A DNA stretch of 7,691 nucleotides from an uncultured archaeon (GCA_964463155.1 CAYXAY010000035.1:1-7691), one strand, 5' to 3'; counted from the stretch's first letter, positions 1 through 5,989 are shown. Numbers and translations: made by a program. The notes: a model not told the origin generated them from the letters alone.

Positions 1-1534
1 TCATTGTATATTGGTTAGCAGAAGTTAATGCTTGGAACCTGATTAATGGATTTTGTATTCCGCTATAGGAACGAGTTGTTGTGTCAAATAATCTTCCTGG
101 ACAGGTGTGTTGGTTTTCATCAAAATAACCATAATAACAATTATTGACTGTATTATTAAAATAAAAATCGGCATTATTAGGTAACTCTGTATAATTATAC
201 AATGTGTTTTGTTCATATACTAATCCTGGATGGCTTATTGTATCATCCCACCAATTTCCGTCAGGATCCCATTGTATCCAATTATTTGGATAATGTGCTT
301 CTATCTTGTTTTCATCAACATGATAGATTGCAAAACCACTCCAATTCTGTGATGCGTTATTAAACATACAAGAATCTAAGTTTGAAGCCCCACCACCAGT
401 ATATCTATTTTCAATTATGAAAAATTCTCTTGAGGTTAGATTGCTGTTTTTTAGAATTACGACATCTGGATAATCGTTTGCGCTTCTTAGACTTATTTGC
501 TTGTTACTGTCTGTTGTTAAGATTGTTGGACTGGTCCAGCCAAAGAAATATCTGGACCAAGCATCAAGATTGATTGGTTTATTAAGACAAAAAGGACCAT
601 CTTGGAAATCCATCATTGTAAAATCTGCTAATGGGCCATTACCCGCACCTGTCGGAGTATTATAATATAAATCAGGAAGACCGAGAACATGTGCAAACTC
701 ATGTGTTGTTACTGGCATTTCAAAAGAATTTCTGTCTGAAAGATGTCCAAAAGGACCTCTGTCTGGGACTAAGGCAAAGTTGCCTAGGAATTTGCCATCT
801 ACTGAAACTGTGCTTTGTCTTAAAATTCGTGCCTGGGGCCAAACACCATATGGCGGATATCCAGCAGTACCGGTATAAATTATTACAAAACCGTCTATTC
901 TTCCATCATTGTCATTGTCATATTGACTGAAGTTGATGTGGGGATTGAAGGTGTTTATGGTGTCTATTCCGAGAGTATATGCTCTACCGCTTGTTGCTGA
1001 GTAATAAGCATAGGTGTTTGGAGCTTGTCTCCAATCATAGACATCAAAGATTATGTTTAGTTGATTGTAGGATTGCTTAGCAAAGTATCTGCTTACACTT
1101 ATTCCTTGACCGTTTAGGTAGTTTGGGCTGTTAAAGGCGTCGTTCATAAAACTTTGAGTGTAAGTGGAAGGAGCGTCGCTAAATCTTATTAACAAAACTG
1201 GTATTCTTACGGTGCCGGTTAAGGGACTAGTCCCCCAGATGTTTGCAACAGTTGTTGCTCTTGGATCGTTGTTCTTTGGAGCATTCTTGACTAAGGATTT
1301 TTTGTATTGCTCTAAAGTAGTTCCTTGCTTTCTTAACTCTATGTCGGGAGGATAGAAAACATCATTATAGACTTTACCGTCTTCAGAAACTATTAGCTTT
1401 TCTTCAACTATTGGCGGTTGCTTGATATTAAATCTTTCAAAAAGATTATCAGAAAAAACAAAATTTAAAAGAAAGATAAATGAGATGATTACTAATGAAC
1501 TTACAACTATTTTAGATAAACTAGGCTTTAGCAT
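1..1534 (-). CDS. Secreted M6-family (immune inhibitor A / InhA-like) zinc metalloprotease; 5' complete, C-terminus runs off the left window edge
   Basis: I hand-translated the minus strand from ATG 1534-1532, checking every 60-nt line. It stays open for 511 codons to the window edge, leaving nt 1 over. It has no stop in the window, which explains its absence from the ORF track. The N-terminus MLKPSLSKIVVSSLVIISFIFLLNFVFS looks like a signal peptide or anchor. HEFAH (nt 703-689) is followed by VLGLPDLY, giving the HExxHxxGLPDxY zinc-binding signature of peptidase family M6. The upstream block RIPVLLIRFSD is also typical of the M6 domain. Confidence 0.85.
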   Translation of the reverse strand, partial: MLKPSLSKIVVSSLVIISFIFLLNFVFSDNLFERFNIKQPPIVEEKLIVSEDGKVYNDVFYPPDIELRKQGTTLEQYKKSLVKNAPKNNDPRATTVANIWGTSPLTGTVRIPVLLIRFSDAPSTYTQSFMNDAFNSPNYLNGQGISVSRYFAKQSYNQLNIIFDVYDWRQAPNTYAYYSATSGRAYTLGIDTINTFNPHINFSQYDNDNDGRIDGFVIIYTGTAGYPPYGVWPQARILRQSTVSVDGKFLGNFALVPDRGPFGHLSDRNSFEMPVTTHEFAHVLGLPDLYYNTPTGAGNGPLADFTMMDFQDGPFCLNKPINLDAWSRYFFGWTSPTILTTDSNKQISLRSANDYPDVVILKNSNLTSREFFIIENRYTGGGASNLDSCMFNNASQNWSGFAIYHVDENKIEAHYPNNWIQWDPDGNWWDDTISHPGLVYEQNTLYNYTELPNNADFYFNNTVNNCYYGYFDENQHTCPGRLFDTTTRSYSGIQNPLIRFQALTSANQYTM

Positions 1535-1555
1535 TAATATATTAAGAAACAATAG

Positions 1556-1563
1556 TATTTAAA
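1556..1563 (-). promoter_or_regulatory. Candidate archaeal TATA box (TTTAAATA on minus strand) for the M6 protease gene; spacing implies a leaderless mRNA
   Basis: Plus-strand tatttaaa reads TTTAAATA on the minus strand, matching the archaeal TTTAWATA consensus. Its centre is about 25 nt upstream of ATG 1534. No SD-like sequence lies between them. Confidence 0.4.
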
Positions 1564-1737
1564 TTGTTGTCATTATGATTAACTGGACAAAGTTATTTGT
1601 TGCGGTCTTGGAGGAGAAATTTGTGCATTATTTCTTAGATATGGATAACCGCTGTTTCTGGAAAGATAAAGATCCCAACTGTTTGTAAAATTCCAATTAA
1701 TATATGTGTTTGTTATCACATTGGTTCTGTAGAAATC

Positions 1738-1782
1738 CTTTTACAATAATAATATTGTAAAAGAAACAACTTTTTTGTTTCT
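1738..1782. repeat. Two adjacent, partly overlapping inverted repeats (11-bp stem 1738-1748/1753-1763, loop ataa; 8-bp stem 1762-1769/1775-1782, loop ctttt) just downstream of the transposase remnant stop
   Basis: I checked the base pairing position by position. Both stems are perfect. The function is unknown; a terminator or an IS-end structure are both possible. Confidence 0.6.
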
Positions 1783-1791
1783 ACTTAATTT

Positions 1792-2342
1792 TTAAAGATT
1801 ATAGGTTAATACTTTTAGCAGAACCTGCTTTTGCTGGTTATCTTGCTTTGTTGCGGTTACAAAACCGCCTGTTGTTCGCTTGATTGCTGATATTACTGAT
1901 TCAACACCCATCTTTTATTACAAGATTTAATTTTAAATCGCTTCATGGCCTTTATTCTGTTATCAGATACTGTCTGATAACTCTGCGATTTTCTAAATGG
2001 TATGTGAACAATATGTTGTTGTCTTAACAATATTCTAGTTTTTGTAAAATGTCTTTACTAATCTTGCTTACAAATTTTTGTAAGGTTGTAAAGTGCGGTA
2101 GTCTCTGGATACCAATCATTCGCATAACATTAATGTCAGTTAATAGCTCTGTTAAACGACGATAAGAACATTTGTGTCGTTCTTTTAATATAAGCAAATA
2201 TACATGAACGAAGTTATTGTAAAGCTTGTTAGAATATTTAGAAAAATGAAAAGGCAATCTTACTTCACCAAAAACTCGTTTAACTTGCTTATAGAAACTA
2301 TTAAAAGATATTGGTTGTAATATATTTATCCTGAAAAATCAT
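1792..2342 (-). pseudogene. DDE transposase pseudogene (IS4/IS5-superfamily-like): N-terminal HTH part and C-terminal end present, central catalytic region deleted, at least two frameshifts
   Basis: N-terminal piece: track ORF 2024-2257 (TTG start), with the frame open upstream to 2338. It reads ISFNSFYKQVKRVFGEVRLPFHFSKYSNKLYNNFVHVYLLILKERHKCSYRRLTELLTDINVMRMIGIQRLPHFTTLQKFVSKI, which resembles N-termini of archaeal IS4/IS5-type transposases as I remember them. A possible original ATG at 2342-2340 is in another frame. C-terminal piece: QQHIVHIPFRKSQSYQTVSDNRIKAMKRFKIKSCNKR (2021->1911). After a frameshift it continues GVESVISAIKRTTGGFVTATKQDNQQKQVLLKVLTYNL* (1911->1792). This has the E-x6-K/R end of a DDE domain, and the stop is TAA at 1794-1792. 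Confidence 0.7.
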
Positions 2343-2372
2343 AATATATAGGTCGTAAGACCTATATATTAT
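2341..2372. repeat. Perfect 14-bp inverted repeat with 4-nt loop (ATAATATATAGGTC gtaa GACCTATATATTAT)
   Basis: Arms 2341-2354 and 2359-2372 are exact reverse complements. On the minus strand the hairpin is followed by GATTTTTC. It lies about 90 nt downstream of the 977-aa gene stop and abuts the possible original transposase ATG (2342-2340). Confidence 0.7.
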
Positions 2373-2449
2373 TTATGTTATAATTAAGGAATTATAACTG
2401 GTTCTATAACCCCTTATATTTATGCAATCTGTTTTTAGGTTTTCCCTTT

Positions 2450-2464
2450 AAAAAAAAAGAAAAA
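2450..2464 (-). terminator. Oligo-T termination signal (T5-C-T9 on minus strand) immediately after the 977-aa gene stop
   Basis: The plus strand has A9 (2450-2458), g, then A5 (2460-2464), abutting the TAA stop at 2467-2465. Archaeal RNA polymerase terminates at oligo-T tracts. Confidence 0.55.
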
Positions 2465-5398
2465 TTATTTTTTCTTTTTAAAGATTAGAATTAGAGCTAT
2501 TATGATTATTATTCCAAGAATTACTAAACCTGTGTTTGCTAAAGTAAAGAAAGCACTTAATGGCGATACTCCTGATTGAAGGGTTAACTTTTGATTTGTT
2601 ATTTCTTGACCTGTTGTTTTGTCTTTTATCTTTATGTTTAGAGTCGTGTCTTCCTTTAATAATGTTGGAGAAACAATCTTATAGATCTTTGTTATCTCCT
2701 CTCCTGGTAGGATGTTTAGTTCTTTGTCTCCATCAATAACATAGGTTTCGGAAAGGCCAAAGTCAACTATTGTGTTTTGTAAGATTTTTGTGTTGTTCTT
2801 TAATGTTAATGTTAGCTTGTAGGTCCTGTCTTGGGTTAATACCTTTTCTGCTTTAGAATTTATTGTTATTGCCTGTGTTTCTGGTGAAAGATTTATTGTT
2901 ATTGGATATTTGTTTAGAAGTTTGTTGTTTGAATAAAGTTCTATGTGACCTTTGTATTCTATTTTTTTTGCATTCTCTGGAATGTTTATTTCAAGTGATA
3001 TGTTTTTTGTCTCATGTGCTGAAAGAGTTGTTGATTTGGGGCTTGTCATAAAATCGCTTGGGAAGCCAGATAGTTTTATTGTGACATCTTTGTTTCTTGT
3101 AAAGCTGTTGTTTATGCTTGTTATAATTGCCACGTTGTTTGTGACTGGACTTATTAATGTTGGATAGCTTACAAGACTTATTCTTTCTGAAACAGAAATG
3201 TTACTAACTATGTTTGTGAAAGTTCTTGTGCTTGGACAGTTGTTTAACATTACTGTGTAATAGACTGCTGAAGGATTATTGAAATTTGAAAGAGTAATGT
3301 TTTTAGTGAAATTATCAAAACCGCTTAAGAAGATTATGCTTGGGTCTGTGATTAAACCACTGCCTGTTATCTCTATTCTTCCGTTCTTGCTTGTGTTATT
3401 CTTGAAGGTTGCTGATATTGTTTCTTGGCTGTTGTTTATCTCTATTGCTGTTGGGGCAATCACTTGGAAATCACAATCAGTTGGCAAAAGAGTTCCTTGG
3501 TTTGCTCTTGTTGTCAAAATACCAGAAACCGTGTCAACAAAAGTACATTGTTTGCCGTCTTCAAATCTTCCAGAAACTAACATCTCAAGACTTCCTGTTC
3601 CTGTTATCCCTATTATCATTTGGGAATTGTTGTTTGCTGGGATTGTTAGTTGCTTGTTACTTGCATTTGCTGACAAGCCGTATTTGTTTTGGAACAACAC
3701 ATCATTAACATAGAATTTTTTGTTTGAGGAATTGTAGATTGAGACTTGGTTGTTTCCAAAAGCTACTGTCTTTGAATCAACCTTTATTGCTGAACAGGAC
3801 TTGTTTGTTGGCTCAGAGATTGTCAAATCAAAATATTTTGTGTCAATGTTTGAATAGCTACAGGTTTTACCATCTGTAAATCTTCCTGAAACAGAAATTG
3901 TTCCTCTGGGGTTTTGGGTTGAGCTTACATTGTTTGTTGATAGGGTAAAATTTATTGAACCTGTTGCTCTTGAAGTAAGTGTTTGTGGAAAAGAAAGGTT
4001 GCTTATTGAAGCATAGTTTGTGTTGTCGTTGATTGAAAGGTTTGTTATTGTAAATGTTGAGTTGGAGTTGTTAAGTATAAAAAAACCATCCTCCCTTGAA
4101 TAGCTTTTTGTTGTTTCCTCTTCTTGGTTGATGTTCTTGGCATAGATTAAAATGTTTTTACAGCTTGTGGTTGCTATGCTGTCTGGATAATAATAACCGT
4201 TGTTTTCAATAGTTACCGCAAGGTTTACTTTTCTTGTACATTCTTTGTCATCATGTCCTGACCTTGTAAAGTTTCCTGTAATCTCCAATGGCAAATATTT
4301 TATTGTTGTATAATCAAAATCATCTGTTTCAAATTCTATTTCTAGTGACTCGGAATCATCTGCAGATATCTCGTCAGGCTCATTAACAATTCTTGCAGTT
4401 ATTCCTGACCGGTCATCAATTATTATGTCATCAATCTCAAAATCATAATCATCTGAATTGTTTTCGAGAGTAATTGTTTTTCTTAGACTGTAGTTGCTTG
4501 GGATTGTAAAGCTTGTGTTTCTAATAACCAAATCTGAACAGCTCGCATCATTGTCACTATCCTTTTCATCTATGTGATATTCTACTGTGTAGGTTTTTGT
4601 GCAGACTTGTGTATTTGCATATTTTGCACTTACTGTTATATCAAAGCTTGAATCATAATCATCACTTACTGAATCTGCTTCAACATACACTCTTATTGTT
4701 CTTACTGAGTTTGATGGTACTGTGCTTGGATAATCTATGTCATCAATATCAAGGTTTGAAGGATTTGTCGTATCAACATCAAGAATTGAAAGAGGATCAT
4801 TTGTTTCGTTTTCAACATATAGGTTGTAGGTTTTTGACTCGCCTTCATCTAGATAAATGTCACGCATTCCTGAAAGAAAGAAATCCGAACAATCTGTTGT
4901 GTTATCTTGAGAGTCGTTTGTTTCGGAATCGTTTGTGTCATCTATAAAATAATAATAAGGCGCGGTGTTTACTGGATAAACATATGCTTGAGAATATGTG
5001 CTGTAGACTACCCCAAAAGACTCAGCATAAATTTTTACCATGTATCCGTAATAGTTTGGATTGATGTAAAAAACATTTGGATAAACATAATCATAAGCAG
5101 AAGAATATGCGTAGTTGGTTGTGCTTGGCACAGAATAAAGATAGGCTAGTTGTCCGTTGTCTAAAATCCCATATACCTTTAGAGAAACAATTACTGGAAC
5201 ATTTGTGTAGCCGTTTGTTGCTTGTAGTCTTAGTTTTAAACTAACGTTATCCTGAAAATGACCATATTGAATGTTTAGGTATTCTGGTTGTGAATCTGTG
5301 TTTGCATAGAAATAATTTATTGCAAAGGGGGCAGCAAAGACTGCTTGAATAGATACTGCAAAGAAAAATAAAATTGTTATTAAATATTCTTTTCTCAT
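2465..5398 (-). CDS. 977-aa secreted, modular, sequon-rich cell-surface protein (S-layer/adhesin-like) with C-terminal TM-plus-basic sorting/anchor signal; putative archaeosortase substrate
   Basis: Track ORF. ATG 5398-5396 is preceded by GGAG (5410-5407) with an 8-nt spacer. The stop is TAA. Signal peptide: MRKEYLITILFFFAVSIQAVFA/AP. Residues 95-151 are Tyr-rich. Residues 153-363 are strongly acidic. Exactly 10 Cys form five regularly spaced pairs that bracket modules of about 80-100 aa. Two further Cys-free modules look like beta-sandwich (CARDB-like) domains. I hand-counted 29 N-x-S/T sequons. The C-terminus reads GVSPLSAFFTLANTGLVILGIIIIIALILIFKKKK. Confidence 0.9.
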   Translation of the reverse strand: MRKEYLITILFFFAVSIQAVFAAPFAINYFYANTDSQPEYLNIQYGHFQDNVSLKLRLQATNGYTNVPVIVSLKVYGILDNGQLAYLYSVPSTTNYAYSSAYDYVYPNVFYINPNYYGYMVKIYAESFGVVYSTYSQAYVYPVNTAPYYYFIDDTNDSETNDSQDNTTDCSDFFLSGMRDIYLDEGESKTYNLYVENETNDPLSILDVDTTNPSNLDIDDIDYPSTVPSNSVRTIRVYVEADSVSDDYDSSFDITVSAKYANTQVCTKTYTVEYHIDEKDSDNDASCSDLVIRNTSFTIPSNYSLRKTITLENNSDDYDFEIDDIIIDDRSGITARIVNEPDEISADDSESLEIEFETDDFDYTTIKYLPLEITGNFTRSGHDDKECTRKVNLAVTIENNGYYYPDSIATTSCKNILIYAKNINQEEETTKSYSREDGFFILNNSNSTFTITNLSINDNTNYASISNLSFPQTLTSRATGSINFTLSTNNVSSTQNPRGTISVSGRFTDGKTCSYSNIDTKYFDLTISEPTNKSCSAIKVDSKTVAFGNNQVSIYNSSNKKFYVNDVLFQNKYGLSANASNKQLTIPANNNSQMIIGITGTGSLEMLVSGRFEDGKQCTFVDTVSGILTTRANQGTLLPTDCDFQVIAPTAIEINNSQETISATFKNNTSKNGRIEITGSGLITDPSIIFLSGFDNFTKNITLSNFNNPSAVYYTVMLNNCPSTRTFTNIVSNISVSERISLVSYPTLISPVTNNVAIITSINNSFTRNKDVTIKLSGFPSDFMTSPKSTTLSAHETKNISLEINIPENAKKIEYKGHIELYSNNKLLNKYPITINLSPETQAITINSKAEKVLTQDRTYKLTLTLKNNTKILQNTIVDFGLSETYVIDGDKELNILPGEEITKIYKIVSPTLLKEDTTLNIKIKDKTTGQEITNQKLTLQSGVSPLSAFFTLANTGLVILGIIIIIALILIFKKKK

Positions 5399-5406
5399 AA
5401 TATTTT

Positions 5407-5410
5407 CTCC
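5407..5410 (-). promoter_or_regulatory. Shine-Dalgarno (GGAG) of the 977-aa gene
   Basis: Plus-strand ctcc reads GGAG on the minus strand, with an 8-nt spacer to ATG 5398. Confidence 0.6.
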
Positions 5411-5412
5411 AA

Positions 5413-5466
5413 TTTTTTTTTTTGAAAAAAAGATTAAGCCTTTTTTTCTTTTTTTTGGGGGGCCGC
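5413..5466. repeat. Cluster of homopolymer tracts in the 5' leader/promoter-proximal region of the 977-aa gene: T11, A7, T7, T8, G6 followed by CCGC (plus-strand reading)
   Basis: Plus-strand tracts: T11 5413-5423, A7 5425-5431, T7 5441-5447, T8 5449-5456, G6 5457-5462, ccgc 5463-5466. The G6-CCGC is the most GC-dense spot in the intergenic region. Confidence 0.8.
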
Positions 5467-5538
5467 ATTAACTTTGTCTAATTAATAAATATATTGTGTG
5501 GCAAAACCTTTAAAAAGATAATGACTAGGGATTTCTTT

Positions 5539-5554
5539 AAAAACAATTGTTTTT
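5539..5554. promoter_or_regulatory. Perfect 16-bp palindrome AAAAACAATTGTTTTT in the divergent intergenic region; candidate operator for a dimeric regulator
   Basis: I checked the pairing position by position, with the centre between 5546 and 5547. The palindrome overlaps a TTTTTAAATA TATA-like element (5551-5560). It lies about 50 nt upstream of ATG 5603. Confidence 0.4.
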
Positions 5555-5572
5555 TAAATATTTCAAACATTT

Positions 5573-5580
5573 ATTAAATA
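5573..5580 (+). promoter_or_regulatory. Candidate TATA box (ATTAAATA) for the 128-aa gene; spacing implies a leaderless mRNA
   Basis: Its centre is about 26 nt upstream of ATG 5603, and no SD-like sequence lies between them. Confidence 0.35.
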
Positions 5581-5602
5581 TATTCTAATAATTTGATTAT
5601 TT

Positions 5603-5989
5603 ATGGTTGAAGACAATTCCGGAGTTTCGCAGGACATCAAGGCATTACAGTCAAGCATATTGGTGTTGTCTGAGAAAATAAAATATCTTGTGCATAATGA
5701 AAAGATACTTAGTAGAAATATACTTGTTCTTAATAAGAAAGTCGCCGCTAAAGGAGACGGCATGTCTGGAATTAATGCTGCAACCACTCAACAGTTTAAG
5801 GACTTACAAGACGAGATTAAGGAACTAAAGATAAAGATTAAGGGACTTGAATCGACTTTAGAGACCTTTTCTAAGAGATATGCAAAAGCAGAAGACCTAA
5901 AGGAAATGAAATATATCGTTGACAATATCAATCCTTTAGAATACACTACTGTTTCACAAGTAAAGAAATTGATTAAAGAGAACAAATAA
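5603..5989 (+). CDS. 128-aa hypothetical coiled-coil protein (two long heptad-like helices joined by a Gly/Ala/Thr linker); function unknown
   Basis: Track ORF with an ATG start and a TAA stop followed by oligo-T. The composition is coding-like and rich in K/E/L/I, with no hydrophobic segment. The minus-strand track ORFs 5563-5787 and 5788-5985 that overlap it are low-complexity, Phe/Ser/Ile-rich shadows. I do not recognise a family. Confidence 0.7.
   Translation: MVEDNSGVSQDIKALQSSILVLSEKIKYLVHNEKILSRNILVLNKKVAAKGDGMSGINAATTQQFKDLQDEIKELKIKIKGLESTLETFSKRYAKAEDLKEMKYIVDNINPLEYTTVSQVKKLIKENK

Larger units (their letters stand above)
1722..2409 (-). mobile_element. Degraded, internally deleted insertion-sequence remnant (non-autonomous); boundaries uncertain
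   Basis: It contains the N- and C-terminal ends of a DDE transposase but not the catalytic core (see the pseudogene feature). An imperfect 11-bp direct repeat brackets it: tggttctgtag (1722-1732) and tggttctataa (2399-2409), 9/11 identical. I could not find convincing terminal inverted repeats. Only a weak aaatcctt / aattcctt match sits at the inner ends. Confidence 0.45.

Noticed and set aside
631-1355. Plus-strand track ORFs 631-930 and 1164-1355
   Set aside because: They are antisense to the uninterrupted 511-codon M6 protease frame, which carries an unmistakable HExxH...GLPDLY motif. Neither has motifs or start-site signals of its own.
1575-1740. Small open frames between the protease promoter and the IS remnant: plus-strand 38 codons from ATG 1575 (MINWTKLFVAVLEEKFVHYFLDMDNRCFWKDKDPNCL), and a minus-strand 53-codon frame 1740->1579 with no ATG or TTG start (one internal GTG only) (KDFYRTNVITNTYINWNFTNSWDLYLSRNSGYPYLRNNAQISPPRPQQITLSS)
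   Set aside because: Both are too short and mutually exclusive. Neither has recognisable motifs or convincing start signals. A remnant of a gene disrupted by the IS is conceivable, but I cannot support it.
1688-2398. Possible terminal inverted repeats of the IS (aattccaattaatata near 1690-1706 versus the reverse complement of 2378-2397, aattccttaattata)
   Set aside because: The match is imperfect, needs an indel, and consists of AT-rich sequence where such similarity is expected by chance.
2863-5149. Six plus-strand track ORFs (2863-3051, 2952-3167, 3279-3713, 3409-3708, 4597-4947, 4907-5149) inside the 977-aa gene
   Set aside because: All lie antisense to a long, well-supported minus-strand CDS. 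Their translations are low-complexity Leu/Phe/Cys/Ile-rich strings typical of shadow ORFs opposite Asn/Lys/Glu-rich coding sequence. Several overlap each other.
5247-5468. Minus-strand track ORF (73 aa, MRPPKKKKKRLNLFFKKKNW...)
   Set aside because: It is a product of translating the homopolymer tracts. It overlaps the real start of the 977-aa gene in another frame and is pure low complexity.
5563-5985. Minus-strand track ORFs 5563-5787 and 5788-5985
   Set aside because: They are antisense to the 128-aa coiled-coil ORF. Both are split, hydrophobic and low-complexity, whereas the plus-strand ORF is single, longer and has TATA spacing and an oligo-T terminator.
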